From the NCBI RefSeq assembly GCF_016903815.1, contig NZ_CP069973.1: a DNA stretch of 64,000 bases; one strand, written 5' to 3'. The DNA comes from Escherichia coli (GTDB lineage Bacteria > Pseudomonadota > Gammaproteobacteria > Enterobacterales > Enterobacteriaceae). The first letter of the stretch is position 1; each line of letters opens with the position of its first letter. The notes beneath the pieces were generated by a model that was not told the DNA's origin, ran no database searches, and was given only the letters and a program-made list of their open reading frames with translations. Both the position numbers and the translations under genes were made by a program. Of this stretch, positions 41,485-55,430 are shown in pieces.

Positions 41485-43233
41485 TCACCCCTTGTGAAGT
41501 AACTCCATAAATGCCTCATATCCTGTTAACCCGGCAATAACCTCTGCCGGATGCTGACACAATACGCTTGCCAGATAGCTGAATATTTTTAGCTCATGAC
41601 GCGCATCGGCGGCGGCACAGGCGATCAGCACATGGTTAACTACTTCGTTATTCACCTCAACCGGTTGGGCGAGGGTAATAAAAAATCCACGAAAACGGCG
41701 TTCCTGTTCGCTCCAGCAATGTGGGATGGCGAGACGATTAACAATCAGGTTTTCGCCTTCGCTTTCGCGGGCGATGATCCGTTGTACTTCATCGGCGGTA
41801 ATGTGGTGTTGCGTCACTAATTGCGCACAAATTTGCCGGGTAATATGTTGCCAGCTTTCACCACGTACATTCGAATAATGAAAACTTCCGGGGGCAGAAA
41901 AAAAACGCTCCGGTTGCTGGCGAATAAATGCCGTCGCCAGAAAATGTTTTATTTGTTCGATACCGGCAGCCGTAATGATATTTTTTACGATGATGCAATT
42001 ATTGACCGCATCATCCAGTAAATAATGGCTGTTATTAATGATCAATAACGGCTCAATCTCTTCGCGAATGGCAACAAGTTCGCTTAAGCTACGGGCAATA
42101 ATCACCCGACAATGTAAAACATCGCGCTCAATGGCGAGCTGATTAATGGTGGCAATCGCGTTCTGGTCCGAGAGCAAAATGATCGGCTGGCGTTCGTTTT
42201 GATGCCGTTCCAGCGCACAGGCAAAATACAAACCGATCAGATCGCTGTCGAAAAGGGGAATATCGAGTTGTTCACGCAGTAGCGTAATAAAGTGCAGACT
42301 CATATCAAAGGCCGCAGGCCAGGCGGCTTTCAGGTTATTCATGCTGCTTTGGCGGTGCTCACCTATCCACACCGGCGCGGCAAGGCAACGTAATAAATGC
42401 CCGGTAATATTCTCAACCAGTTGCGTATCAATAATATTCAATGACGCAATGCCCGGCACCCTTTGCAGCAATGCCAGCACATTATCGACACAAATAACCT
42501 GCGCCTGTTGATGCTGTTTCTCTATCAACCCCGTCAGGGTTCTTACAGCGTTATCACCAAGAAACAGGCCGCTTTGTTCAACGATTTGTTTTATCTCGTC
42601 ACCGGGATATTGCGGCCACTCATCGGTCAGTTGATTACGCAGGGCGTAAATCGCCAGAATCAGGCTGGAGAGATAATCACCCTGCATCAGCGGCCAGCGG
42701 TGTTGGTTGTCGCAGACCGTGGATAATTGCTGAAGGTTGTCTCGTGTTACGCCCGCCAGAGGAATTAAAAACGGATCTTTGCGTAAAAGATTCGCCAGCA
42801 AAATAATGCGTTTCTCTTCTGTCTCATCAATGAAATGGCCCAAACCAGGGCGACTAGCGAGACAAAAACCGCGTTCATAGCGCTGTTTCAGGCGGGGCAG
42901 GCGCTCTGCTACCCACGTTTCTGGCAAATTAAGCGCCGAGGCGAGTTGCGCACGGGGAGTGAAGGTATTCAGTAATAGCAGCGCCAGCAGCCGATCGTCG
43001 TTATCGTGCTTTTGCAGCAACTGAAAAAAGCTGCGGCGCTCGAAGATTTCCAGCTGATAGCCCGCGTTGCCACTGGCGGAAATGCGGGCTTTGCCGTTAA
43101 GGGTAAAGTTGAGATAGTCAATATCACGCAGAATGGTCCTACCAGAAACGCCAGTCTGTTGCGCCAGCTCGCCAGGCGTGCGTGGCTGTTGCTCCAGCAG
43201 ATCGACAATCTTTAACTGGCGTTCGTTTAGCAT
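41485..43233 (-). CDS. frvR: frv operon transcriptional regulator (HTH + PRD/PTS regulatory domains)
   Basis: 582 aa; N-terminal HTH (GRTILRDIDYL), synteny. Confidence 0.9.
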   Translation of the reverse strand: MLNERQLKIVDLLEQQPRTPGELAQQTGVSGRTILRDIDYLNFTLNGKARISASGNAGYQLEIFERRSFFQLLQKHDNDDRLLALLLLNTFTPRAQLASALNLPETWVAERLPRLKQRYERGFCLASRPGLGHFIDETEEKRIILLANLLRKDPFLIPLAGVTRDNLQQLSTVCDNQHRWPLMQGDYLSSLILAIYALRNQLTDEWPQYPGDEIKQIVEQSGLFLGDNAVRTLTGLIEKQHQQAQVICVDNVLALLQRVPGIASLNIIDTQLVENITGHLLRCLAAPVWIGEHRQSSMNNLKAAWPAAFDMSLHFITLLREQLDIPLFDSDLIGLYFACALERHQNERQPIILLSDQNAIATINQLAIERDVLHCRVIIARSLSELVAIREEIEPLLIINNSHYLLDDAVNNCIIVKNIITAAGIEQIKHFLATAFIRQQPERFFSAPGSFHYSNVRGESWQHITRQICAQLVTQHHITADEVQRIIARESEGENLIVNRLAIPHCWSEQERRFRGFFITLAQPVEVNNEVVNHVLIACAAADARHELKIFSYLASVLCQHPAEVIAGLTGYEAFMELLHKG

Positions 43234-44303
43234 TAATCCACCTGACGGAACTGGCTAAACGCGTTGACTTTCTCCGCGGTTAAGGTGGTCAGAAAATCCC
43301 GTATCAACGTGAGCAGAGCATCGTAATCGGCTTTTGAAATCATGCCGCTGTTGGCGTGCAGATAACGCGTTGGCAGGCACAGCGCAACAACCGGGCGACC
43401 GCCACCCATCACGTTGTAGCGCCCGCCATCCGTCGCACCGGTTTTCATAGTGGAAAATTGCAGCGGTAAATCATTCTGCGTGGCACAGCTTTTTAACGCT
43501 GCTACCAGTTTCTGGTTGGGGAAGTAGCGCTTGTCAAACAGCATCAGCCCCGGCCCGTTGCCCAGTTTCAGCGGATATTTAATGTTATCAATGCCTGGAA
43601 CATCACCTGCGACAGCGGTATCCAGCACGATCACCACATCCGGTTTAATGTGTTCAGCCGAGGTTTGCGCCCCGCGTAGCCCAACTTCTTCTTCCACACT
43701 GCCAACGCCATACAGCGTAATTTCGGGGTTATTCACCGTCTGCAATAGCTCAGCCATCATTGCGCAGCCGATGCGATTATCCAGCGCCTTGCCGACCACT
43801 TTATCTTCGCCCCAGCAGGCAAAATTGGCTTCCGGGCTAATAAAATTGCCAATTTCCACGCCGCGTTTTTCTGCTTCTTCGCGACTGTTCGCGCCAATAT
43901 CAATGAACATCTCATCAAATGACAGCGGTTGTTGCTTTTGCTTTTCCGTTAACGCATGAGGCGCGACGGAACCAATCACACCAGGGATTTTAAATCCCTT
44001 GTGTGTGCGTATGGTTACCCGGTGGTTGAGCATCGACTGATTCCACCAGCCGCCAATGGTGGTAAAACGCAGAAAACCGCTCTCGTCGATGTGGGTGACC
44101 ATAAAGCCGACTTCATCCATATGCCCGACAACGGCAACTTTTGGACCTTTATTTCCCTTACGGGCAACAAAGCTGCCCAGACCATCAAAGGTGATCTCAT
44201 TAACGCAAGGTTCCAGCGTGTTTATCAGAATGTCGCGAACTTCCTGTTCATCGCCGCTGACGGCGCTGGCTTCGCACAACTGTTGCAGTAACTCAATGTT
44301 CAT
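43233..44303 (-). CDS. frvX: M42-family peptidase / endoglucanase-like protein FrvX
   Basis: 356 aa from ATG 44303; M42 aminopeptidase-like His/Asp metal ligands. Confidence 0.9.
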   Translation of the reverse strand: MNIELLQQLCEASAVSGDEQEVRDILINTLEPCVNEITFDGLGSFVARKGNKGPKVAVVGHMDEVGFMVTHIDESGFLRFTTIGGWWNQSMLNHRVTIRTHKGFKIPGVIGSVAPHALTEKQKQQPLSFDEMFIDIGANSREEAEKRGVEIGNFISPEANFACWGEDKVVGKALDNRIGCAMMAELLQTVNNPEITLYGVGSVEEEVGLRGAQTSAEHIKPDVVIVLDTAVAGDVPGIDNIKYPLKLGNGPGLMLFDKRYFPNQKLVAALKSCATQNDLPLQFSTMKTGATDGGRYNVMGGGRPVVALCLPTRYLHANSGMISKADYDALLTLIRDFLTTLTAEKVNAFSQFRQVD

Positions 44304-45744
44304 GGACAAGCTCCTGTTGCGCGGCTTTCGCTTTGCGGCGTAACCACAATCCTTTCAGGACGATAATGAATGAAATGTTCAGCGCGAGGCCAATCGCCAG
44401 CACCAGATAAAACGAACCCACCGGCGACATCAGGCCGATCAGCGGGTCAAAGATACCCAAACCAGGTGCCAGTCGTTTGATTCCGAAAGCGATCACCAGC
44501 ACGCCGGTAATGCCGCCCGCCAGCGTATTGGCGGTAATCATTGGCAGTGGTGCCGCCAGAGCGTAAGGAATAGCCGGTTCGGTCGCGACCGTGGCACCGA
44601 CCACAATGGCGCTACTGGCGGCTTCTTTTTCCTGTTGAGTAAACAGTTTGGGCGCAATGAACGTCGCAAGACTCGCCGCGACAGGCGGCATCAGCGCGAC
44701 AACGCCGACGATGGCGTACCAGTCGTAAATGTGTTTTTCCAGCAGTGAGAAGCAGAAGAACCAGGCGGTTTTATTGATAGGGCCGCCCATATCGAACGCC
44801 AGCATCGCACCGACCAAAAACGCTGCCGCAAACTTCATTGACGGAGGAATGGTGTTCAGGAAGTGCAGCAACCCGCCCATGAGGTCGGACATCACCGGTC
44901 CGATAACGTAGTAAGTCAGTACGCCGAAAACCAGCAGAGTGACGAACGGGATCAGCATGGAACCGAGCAGCGGTTGTAATGCTTTGCCAAGGCGCACTTT
45001 ACGGAACCAGAAGACGAAATAGCCAATCGCCAGCCCCAGCACCACCGCGCCGAGGAAGCCCGCGCCAGACTGGGTGCCGAGCAGGGCTTTGTCATTCGCC
45101 AGATAGCAAACCAGAAACGCCGGAGCGAAAGCGGGTTTATCGGCAATCGACGAGGCAATATAAGCGCCCATGATGGGGATCATAAAGGTGAAGCCGAGAT
45201 AACCGATGGATTCAACCACCCAGGTAAACGACGGCGCGCCTTTCGACATATCGGTATACGGCAAACCGAACTGCACCAGCATGTTGGCAAGCGCCACCAG
45301 GATACCGCCACCGATGACAAACGGCAGCGCCGCAGAGACACCCGCCATCAGATGGCTCATTACGCTGCCACTTTGCACTTCCTGTTTGCCGAGCTTCACG
45401 CCGCTATCTGCGGCAAAAAGTTGTGAGTTTGTCGGTAATTCACTGAAAATCTGGTCGATATTTTTCAGCGCCTGGGAGATGGCAATCTCATAAACCATTT
45501 TCCCGGCAAATCGCGCGCGATCGTCACCGCTCAGGCCACGCCCGGTGGCGAAAATCACGTAATCGGCAGCGGCAATCTCTTCGCTGGATAAGCGGTTTTC
45601 GACGCCGCTTGATCCTTGAGTTTCCACTTTTATGGTATGGCCGAGAGAACGGGCTTTCTGTTCCAGGGCTTCCGCCACCATGTAGGTGTGAGCGATCCCG
45701 GCGGGGCAGTTGGTGATCGCGACAATACGTAAGGATGACTCCAT
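44293..45744 (-). CDS. frvB: PTS fructose-like EIIBC component
   Basis: 483 aa from ATG 45744; N-terminal EIIB Cys motif (ITNCPAGIAHTYM), C-terminal multi-TM EIIC. Confidence 0.9.
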   Translation of the reverse strand: MESSLRIVAITNCPAGIAHTYMVAEALEQKARSLGHTIKVETQGSSGVENRLSSEEIAAADYVIFATGRGLSGDDRARFAGKMVYEIAISQALKNIDQIFSELPTNSQLFAADSGVKLGKQEVQSGSVMSHLMAGVSAALPFVIGGGILVALANMLVQFGLPYTDMSKGAPSFTWVVESIGYLGFTFMIPIMGAYIASSIADKPAFAPAFLVCYLANDKALLGTQSGAGFLGAVVLGLAIGYFVFWFRKVRLGKALQPLLGSMLIPFVTLLVFGVLTYYVIGPVMSDLMGGLLHFLNTIPPSMKFAAAFLVGAMLAFDMGGPINKTAWFFCFSLLEKHIYDWYAIVGVVALMPPVAASLATFIAPKLFTQQEKEAASSAIVVGATVATEPAIPYALAAPLPMITANTLAGGITGVLVIAFGIKRLAPGLGIFDPLIGLMSPVGSFYLVLAIGLALNISFIIVLKGLWLRRKAKAAQQELVHEH

Positions 45745-45754
45745 CGCCACGTCC

Positions 45755-46201
45755 TTATGAGCTGAGGGTTTGATTTAACAAAGCAAGCACCTGGTCGGCG
45801 TCGCCCTGTCGCAGTTGGTCGATAAAATCCTGGTGGATAATTTTGCGGCATAGCGTGCCGATGATTTTGACCTGATCCTCTTCGCCACTTTGCGGCACAC
45901 CGAGGCAGATCCAGCAATTGACGTCTTCGCCATCGCTGGCTTTCCAGTCAATGGCCTGCGCTTTGCGGGCGAATAACACGAACGGTTGTTTAACGCAGGC
46001 GCTTTTACCGTGCGGCACGGCGACACCGGAACCAAATCCCGTGGAGTGCATTTTTTCGCGCAGCAGCAGGGTTTGCAGGAATTGATGTGAGTCGGTGATA
46101 AAACCGTTTTGTAACGCCATTGTCGCCAACTGCTTCAGAACGGAATAAGTGCCATTGCCCTGAATATTCAGGTCAATACAGCTTGCAGTAAGTGCTGCCA
46201 T
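45755..46201 (-). CDS. frvA: PTS fructose-like EIIA component
   Basis: 148 aa from ATG 46201 (MAALTASCIDLNIQ...); EIIA-2 fold with phospho-His region HGKSACV. Confidence 0.88.
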   Translation of the reverse strand: MAALTASCIDLNIQGNGTYSVLKQLATMALQNGFITDSHQFLQTLLLREKMHSTGFGSGVAVPHGKSACVKQPFVLFARKAQAIDWKASDGEDVNCWICLGVPQSGEEDQVKIIGTLCRKIIHQDFIDQLRQGDADQVLALLNQTLSS

Positions 46202-46677
46202 TATTGGACTCCATGAAAAAATATTATAGTTAATTGTAACGGCGGGGCGGTTTTGTGATGAGCGCGGATATGTCGTGAAGTCGTGACAATATAAGGCAGA
46301 GTGAAGGATAAATTTTGCGGTGTAAGGCACATATTGATGGGCAAAATAAATGCAGTGAATAAAAAATCATTATTTAATGATGTTGTGAATGTTTAACTGC
46401 CGCACATGTTTTGCAGCAAGGTTATTTATATTTGTGGCTTATGAGTCAGCGTGAATTATATCTAATATTTTTTACGATATTTGGTTAAAAACGGCACTAT
46501 TGTTATATTCCTCACGTTCCAGGAAATCAGCGGATTTACTCATATTATGCAGCGGGATACTATCCATAGGCCTGCTGAAGTTGGATTAAAAATTCGAAAG
46601 TGCACACCTTATATTTCTCTATATACGTATTCCTTTTGGAAAGCGTAGGGTCTCTTTTATTTCAGGGAACGTAAATA

Positions 46678-48072
46678 ATGAAAAAATCGACATTATCTTT
46701 AGCCATCGGTTTATTATTGGCATGTAGTACCGGAATGGCAAAAACACAGCATTTAACGCTGGAACAACGCATGGCATTGCTGGAAGAACGCCTGGAAGCG
46801 GCAGAAATGCGGGCAGCAAAAGCAGAGAGCCAGGTTAAACAGCTGCAGACACAACAAGCCGCTGAGATCCGCGAAATTAAGGCTGCCCAGGGCAATACGC
46901 CGGTAAATGGACAGGCAACGGCGGAATCTGCAAAGAAAAATTCCACCTCACCTAATCTTTTGCTCTCAGGTTATGGCGATTTAAAAATCTACGGCGATGT
47001 AGAATTTAATATGGATGCGGAAAGTAATCATGGCCTGCTGGCAATGACCAACGCTGATGTGAATAGCGATCCCACTAATGAACAGTGGAATCTCAATGGT
47101 CGTATTCTGTTAGGTTTTGATGGTATGCGAAAACTGGATAATGGCTATTTCGCCGGGTTCTCCGCACAACCGCTGGGGGACATGCACGGTTCAGTAAATA
47201 TCGATGATGCGGTATTCTTCTTTGGCAAAGAAAACGACTGGAAGGTCAAAGTAGGCCGTTTTGAAGCCTACGATATGTTCCCGCTGAATCAGGATACCTT
47301 TGTTGAACATTCCGGTAATACTGCGAACGATCTTTATGACGATGGCAGCGGTTATATCTATATGATGAAAGAGGGCCGCGGGCGCTCTAACGCTGGCGGT
47401 AATTTCCTCGTCAGCAAACAACTTGATAACTGGTATTTTGAATTAAACACGTTACTTGAAGACGGAACATCTTTATATAATGACGGTAATTATCATGGAC
47501 GCGATATGGAGCAGCAGAAAAATGTTGCTTATCTGCGTCCGGTAATTGCCTGGTCGCCGACGGAAGAATTTACCGTTTCCGCAGCGATGGAAGCGAACGT
47601 GGTAAATAATGCTTATGGTTATACCGATAGCAAGGGTAATTTTGTCGATCAGTCCGATCGTACCGGCTATGGTATGAGCATGACCTGGAATGGCCTGAAA
47701 ACGGATCCGGAAAATGGCGTCGTGGTTAATCTTAATACCGCCTATTTAGATGCTAATAATGAGAAAGATTTCACTGCCGGGATTAACGCGCTGTGGAAAC
47801 GTTTCGAGCTAGGTTATATCTACGCGCACAATAAGATTGATGAATTCAGCGGTGTAGTTTGTGATAACGACTGCTGGATTGATGATGAAGGGACGTACAC
47901 CATTCACACCATTCATGCGTCTTATCAGTTCGCTAATGTGATGGATATGGAGAACTTTAATATTTACCTCGGGACGTATTACTCCATTCTGGATAGCGAC
48001 GGTGATAAAAAACACGGTGATGATACTGATGACCGTTACGGCGCACGCGTTCGCTTTAAATACTTCTTCTGA
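46678..48072 (+). CDS. Putative outer-membrane beta-barrel porin with N-terminal coiled-coil (carbohydrate-porin-like)
   Basis: 464 aa; signal/lipobox-like N-terminus MKKSTLSLAIGLLLACSTGMA; heptad-rich segment LEQRMALLEERLEAAEMRAAKAESQVKQLQ; alternating aromatic/Gly beta-strand pattern; C-terminal ...RFKYFF; long AT-rich upstream region. Confidence 0.6.
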   Translation: MKKSTLSLAIGLLLACSTGMAKTQHLTLEQRMALLEERLEAAEMRAAKAESQVKQLQTQQAAEIREIKAAQGNTPVNGQATAESAKKNSTSPNLLLSGYGDLKIYGDVEFNMDAESNHGLLAMTNADVNSDPTNEQWNLNGRILLGFDGMRKLDNGYFAGFSAQPLGDMHGSVNIDDAVFFFGKENDWKVKVGRFEAYDMFPLNQDTFVEHSGNTANDLYDDGSGYIYMMKEGRGRSNAGGNFLVSKQLDNWYFELNTLLEDGTSLYNDGNYHGRDMEQQKNVAYLRPVIAWSPTEEFTVSAAMEANVVNNAYGYTDSKGNFVDQSDRTGYGMSMTWNGLKTDPENGVVVNLNTAYLDANNEKDFTAGINALWKRFELGYIYAHNKIDEFSGVVCDNDCWIDDEGTYTIHTIHASYQFANVMDMENFNIYLGTYYSILDSDGDKKHGDDTDDRYGARVRFKYFF

Positions 48073-48112
48073 TGAAGGCGCGGTGCTGGATATTTTCCGG
48101 CACCGCAACTCA

Positions 48113-48427
48113 TTATGGCAGGTAAAACACTTCTTGCAGCTCGCTACTGACTGGGCTGTTATCCGGGTTAGCTGGCATAACGTCGGTCATATATTTCCAC
48201 CAACGTTGGCAAACATCAGTGCTGGCTACCGCATTCCACCGTTCTTCAGATTCAATCTCTACCGTGGCAAACAGCAGATTACGCGCTTTGTCGAGGTAAA
48301 TGGCGTAGTTATGCGCACCGTGAGATTTCAACACTGCTTCCAGTTCCGGCCAGATGGGGTTATGCCGACGCTGATACTCTTCGTGGGCGTCGGGGTTAAC
48401 CTGCATTACAAAGGCTTTGCGGATCAT
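48113..48427 (-). CDS. rhaM: L-rhamnose mutarotase
   Basis: 104 aa [29 protein letters not shown]... Confidence 0.95.
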
Positions 48428-48436
48428 GTTTGCTCC

Positions 48437-49261
48437 TTACAGCGCCAGCGCACTGGCGAGTGGTGTAACGCCGAAACGCTGGCCGAGCGCTATCAGCTCT
48501 TCACGACTGATGGTCTGTTTCATGCCGCCCATCGAATAAACCTTCACTAATACTTGTGCTGATTTTTCTGCGGTGTCGATTAAACCGAATGTTTCATCCA
48601 GTGTCGGACCGCTGCCGAAGACGCCGTGGAAGGGCCACAACACCAGCGAATGTTTTTGCATTTCCTGTGCGGTCGCCTGGCCGATTTCGTCGGTGCCGGG
48701 CACCATCCACGGCAAAATGCCGACGCCATCCGGGAACACTACCAGACATTCGGTGCTGCCTTCCCACAGTTGGCGAGTGAAGACCGCGGTGTCGTTTTCC
48801 AGTACGTAGGTAAGGGCGATCAGGTTGGTGGCATGGCAGTGCATGATCACCCGATCTTTACCGTTGGTGGCTTTAATGCGTTCGCAGTGGGAGAGGAAGT
48901 GCGCCGGGAGTTCAGAGGTTGGAACGGCTTCGTGAGTTAGCCCCCAGAGAATGTGGTAGCCCGTGCCGTCGCTGTCGACTTTTACGACGCCTAAGTTAGC
49001 CGCAGGATCAAGCTGGACGTTGCGGAAGAATTTGCCGGAGCCGGTGACAATAAACGGTGTATTTGCCAGTAAAGGCATGGGCTGGCTGAGCGGGATATAG
49101 CGCGGTTGTGCATGAAAGTTGTCGTGATAAGGCGCGATATCGGCGTCATCCAGGCGTAGCGTCAGGTTGCCGCCGTTGCGCTCGTCCCAGCCTTTCAGCC
49201 AGGCGTCGGTGGTGGCTTTAATCATTCCCTGGACAAACCAGGACTGAGTAATGTTTTGCAT
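48437..49261 (-). CDS. rhaD: Rhamnulose-1-phosphate aldolase
   Basis: 274 aa from ATG 49261 ([21 protein letters not shown]...). Confidence 0.95.
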   Translation of the reverse strand: MQNITQSWFVQGMIKATTDAWLKGWDERNGGNLTLRLDDADIAPYHDNFHAQPRYIPLSQPMPLLANTPFIVTGSGKFFRNVQLDPAANLGVVKVDSDGTGYHILWGLTHEAVPTSELPAHFLSHCERIKATNGKDRVIMHCHATNLIALTYVLENDTAVFTRQLWEGSTECLVVFPDGVGILPWMVPGTDEIGQATAQEMQKHSLVLWPFHGVFGSGPTLDETFGLIDTAEKSAQVLVKVYSMGGMKQTISREELIALGQRFGVTPLASALAL

Positions 49262-49288
49262 GTTCGGTGTTCCTGTAAATTCGGTGTT

Positions 49289-49340
49289 GTCGGATGCACG
49301 ATCTGTCGGCCGAATAAGGCGCTCGCGCCGCATCCGGCAG
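49289..49340. repeat. REP palindromic unit between rhaA and rhaD
   Basis: gtcggatgcacgatctgtcggccgaataaggcgctcgcgccgcatccggcag. Confidence 0.8.
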
Positions 49341-49343
49341 TGT

Positions 49344-52102
<2,759 letters not shown>

Positions 52103-52120
52103 CTAAAAAGCGCCTGACTT

Positions 52121-52260
52121 CGCGACCTTCTCGTTACTGACAGGAAAATGGGCCATTGGCAACCAGGGAAAGATGAACGTGATGATGTTCACAATTTGCT
52201 GAATTGTGGTGATGTGATGTTCACCGCATTTCCTGAAAATTCACGCTGTATCTTGAATAA
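52121..52260. promoter_or_regulatory. Divergent rhaBAD / rhaSR control region (RhaS site, CRP site, RhaR site)
   Basis: Minus-strand ATCTTTCCCTGGTTGCCAATGGCCCATTTTCCTGTCAGTAACGAGAAGGTCGCG (RhaS half-sites) at 52121-52174; CRP-like TGTGA-N6-TCAC at 52179-52194; repeated tgtggtgatgtgatgttcacc upstream of rhaS. Confidence 0.75.
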
Positions 52261-52356
52261 TCGACGTTTTTTACGTGGTTTTCCGTCGAAAATTTAAGGT
52301 AAGAACTTGACCTCGTGATTACTATTTCGCCGTGTTGACGACATCAGGAGGCCAGT

Positions 52357-53193
52357 ATGACCGTATTACATAGTGTGGATTTTTTTCCGTCTGGTAACGC
52401 GTCCGTGGCGATAGAACCCCGGCTCCCGCAGGCGGATTTTCCTGAACATCATCATGATTTTCATGAAATTGTGATTGTCGAACATGGCACGGGTATTCAT
52501 GTGTTTAATGGGCAGCCCTATACCATCACCGGTGGCACGGTCTGTTTCGTACGCGATCATGATCGGCATCTGTATGAACATACCGATAATCTGTGTCTGA
52601 CCAATGTGCTGTATCGCTCGCCGGATCGATTTCAGTTTCTCGCCGGGCTGAATCAGTTGCTGCCACAAGAGCTGGATGGGCAGTATCCGTCTCACTGGCG
52701 CGTTAACCACAGCGTGTTGCAGCAGGTGCGACAGCTGGTTGCACAGATGGAACAGCAGGAAGAGGAAAATGATTTACCCTCGACCGCCAGTCGCGAGATC
52801 TTATTTATGCAATTACTGCTCTTGCTGCGTAAAAGCAGTTTGCAGGAGAACCTGGAAAACAGCGCGTCACGTCTCAACTTGCTTCTGGCCTGGCTGGAGG
52901 ACCATTTTGCCGATGAGGTAAATTGGGATGCCGTGGCGGATCAATTTTCTCTTTCGCTGCGTACGCTACATCGGCAGCTTAAGCAGAAAACGGGACTGAC
53001 GCCTCAGCGTTACCTGAACCGCCTGCGACTGATGAAAGCCCGACATCTGCTACGCCACAGCGAGGCCAGCGTTACTGACATCGCCTATCGCTGCGGATTT
53101 AGCGACAGTAACCACTTTTCGACGCTTTTTCGCCGAGAGTTTAACTGGTCACCGCGTGATATTCGCCAGGGACGGGATGGCTTTCTGCAATAA
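52357..53193 (+). CDS. rhaS: AraC-family activator RhaS
   Basis: 278 aa [25 protein letters not shown]...; cupin + AraC HTH. Confidence 0.95.
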   Translation: MTVLHSVDFFPSGNASVAIEPRLPQADFPEHHHDFHEIVIVEHGTGIHVFNGQPYTITGGTVCFVRDHDRHLYEHTDNLCLTNVLYRSPDRFQFLAGLNQLLPQELDGQYPSHWRVNHSVLQQVRQLVAQMEQQEEENDLPSTASREILFMQLLLLLRKSSLQENLENSASRLNLLLAWLEDHFADEVNWDAVADQFSLSLRTLHRQLKQKTGLTPQRYLNRLRLMKARHLLRHSEASVTDIAYRCGFSDSNHFSTLFRREFNWSPRDIRQGRDGFLQ

Positions 53194-53266
53194 CGCGAAT
53201 CTTCTCAACGTATTTGTACGCCATATTGCGAATAATCAACTTCGTTCTCTGGCCGAGGTAGCCACG

Positions 53267-54115
53267 GTGGCGCATCAGTTAAAACTTCTCAAAGATGATT
53301 TTTTTGCCAGCGACCAGCAGGCAGTCGCTGTGGCTGACCGTTATCCGCAAGATGTCTTTGCTGAACATACACATGATTTTTGTGAGCTGGTAATTGTCTG
53401 GCGCGGCAATGGTCTGCATGTACTCAACGATCGCCCTTATCGCATTACCCGTGGCGATCTCTTTTACATTCATGCTGACGATAAACACTCCTACGCTTCC
53501 GTTAACGATCTGGTTTTGCAGAATATTATTTATTGCCCGGAGCGGCTGAAGCTGAATCTTGACTGGCAGGGGGCGATTCCGGGATTTAGCGCCAGCGCAA
53601 GGCAACCACACTGGCGCTTAGGTAGCGTGGGGATGGCGCAGGCGCGGCAGGTTATCGGTCAACTTGAGCATGAAAGTAGTCAGCATGTGCCGTTTGCTAA
53701 CGAAATGGCAGAGTTGCTGTTCGGGCAGTTGGTGATGTTGCTGAATCGCCATCGTTACACCAGCGATTCGTTGCCGCCAACATCCAGCGAAACGTTGCTG
53801 GATAAGCTGATTACCCGGCTGGCGGCCAGCCTGAAAAGTCCCTTTGCGCTGGATGAATTTTGTGATGAGGCATCGTGCAGTGAGCGCGTTTTGCGTCAGC
53901 AATTTCGCCAGCAGACTGGAATGACCATCAATCAATATCTGCGGCAGGTCAGAGTGTGTCATGCGCAATATCTTCTCCAGCATAGCCGCCTGTTAATCAG
54001 TGATATTTCAACCGAATGTGGCTTTGAAGATAGTAACTATTTTTCGGTGGTGTTTACCCGGGAAACCGGGATGACGCCCAGTCAGTGGCGTCATCTCAAT
54101 TCGCAGAAAGATTAA
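53267..54115 (+). CDS. rhaR: AraC-family activator RhaR
   Basis: 282 aa from GTG 53267 ([20 protein letters not shown]...); track ORF from 53156 is an upstream in-frame extension. Confidence 0.88.
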   Translation: MAHQLKLLKDDFFASDQQAVAVADRYPQDVFAEHTHDFCELVIVWRGNGLHVLNDRPYRITRGDLFYIHADDKHSYASVNDLVLQNIIYCPERLKLNLDWQGAIPGFSASARQPHWRLGSVGMAQARQVIGQLEHESSQHVPFANEMAELLFGQLVMLLNRHRYTSDSLPPTSSETLLDKLITRLAASLKSPFALDEFCDEASCSERVLRQQFRQQTGMTINQYLRQVRVCHAQYLLQHSRLLISDISTECGFEDSNYFSVVFTRETGMTPSQWRHLNSQKD

Positions 54116-55146
54116 TTCGCCATGCCCATGCCGACGATGTTGGCGGCGACAATAATCACCACACAACCGAGGCTCAACACCGTTACCGGACGGCGACCTG
54201 CATTGTTCCACTCTTTCAGCACCAGCCCGACGATACCGCCGCACAATACATAGAAGCTCATATGCAGCATCCAGCTGATGTAGTCATACTGCGCCGGAAT
54301 ACGCGCGTGGCCCCAGGCATAGAAAAAGAATTGCAGATACCACATCAACCCGCCCAGTGCTGAGAGTAACACATTGTGAATGATCAGCGGTTTTGCCAGC
54401 GAGAAGTCGGCTTTTAGCGACAAATCCTTCACTTTTGCCAGACGAGTGAAGCAGAAACCGAGGTTGATGATCGCGCCGCCTCCCATGATGACAACATAGC
54501 TTGGCAGAGCGACATACAGTGGATCGACGCCCAGTGCAGCAGCGGCTTCATGCATCGGTTTTGCGGCGTTCATCGCAAAGGACATCCCGGCAGAGAAAAT
54601 GCCGCACATCACCGCCAGCACCAGCCCTTTTTTCAGGTTGAACTCTTCGGCTTTAATGCCCATCTTGCGCTCTTTCAACTGCCCGGCGCGAGTTACAATC
54701 CCTACGCCAATCAGCGCCACCAGAACGCCGAGCAACGTCATGCGTCCGCCTTCGGTATTAATCAGAACATCGAAATTGCCGTTGATAATTGGCGTCATCA
54801 GCGTACCGACAATCAACGTAATGCCAATGGCGATGCCAATTCCCATCGACATGCCGAGATAACGCATGGTCAGGCCGTAGTTGATATTACCGATCCCCCA
54901 CATTGCGCCGAACAGAAAAACAGGCAGCAGCGTAGAGAGACTAAACGAGCTGTAATACGCCCAGAAATTCGGTAGTAACAGGGCGCTGATGGCCCACGGC
55001 AGAATAATCCACGAAACAATCCCACCAACTGACCACATGGTTTCCCATGACCATTTTTTTACTTTTTTGAACGGAGCGTAAAAACAGGCTGCACTGGCCG
55101 CGCCGATCAAATGCCAAAATATCCCCATCGTAATCGCGTTAATCAT
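54112..55146 (-). CDS. rhaT: L-rhamnose-proton symporter
   Basis: 344 aa, 10 [28 protein letters not shown]... Confidence 0.95.
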   Translation of the reverse strand: MINAITMGIFWHLIGAASAACFYAPFKKVKKWSWETMWSVGGIVSWIILPWAISALLLPNFWAYYSSFSLSTLLPVFLFGAMWGIGNINYGLTMRYLGMSMGIGIAIGITLIVGTLMTPIINGNFDVLINTEGGRMTLLGVLVALIGVGIVTRAGQLKERKMGIKAEEFNLKKGLVLAVMCGIFSAGMSFAMNAAKPMHEAAAALGVDPLYVALPSYVVIMGGGAIINLGFCFTRLAKVKDLSLKADFSLAKPLIIHNVLLSALGGLMWYLQFFFYAWGHARIPAQYDYISWMLHMSFYVLCGGIVGLVLKEWNNAGRRPVTVLSLGCVVIIVAANIVGMGMAN

Positions 55147-55430
55147 CTTCTTATCCTCATCATTTTTCGTCGCGTCACATCTCCGACGAGATGAGTGTAA
55201 AAATCGTGCTGTCGATTAACCTTTCGCCTGTTGCCGCCGTTGTCGATTTACTGGCAATCACGGCATTAAGTGGGTGATTTGCTTCACATCTCGGGCATTT
55301 TCCTGCAAAACCATACCCTTACGAAAAGTACGGCATTGATAATCATTTTCAATATCATTTAATTAACTATAATGAACCAACTGCTTACGCGGCATTAACA
55401 ATCGGCCGCCCGACAACACTGGAGATGAAT

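Noticed and set aside
53156-53266. Track ORF extension of rhaR upstream of the GTG at 53267
   Set aside because: The 282 aa form starting VAHQLKLL (GTG) matches the RhaR N-terminus I recall; the extension overlaps the rhaS 3' end.
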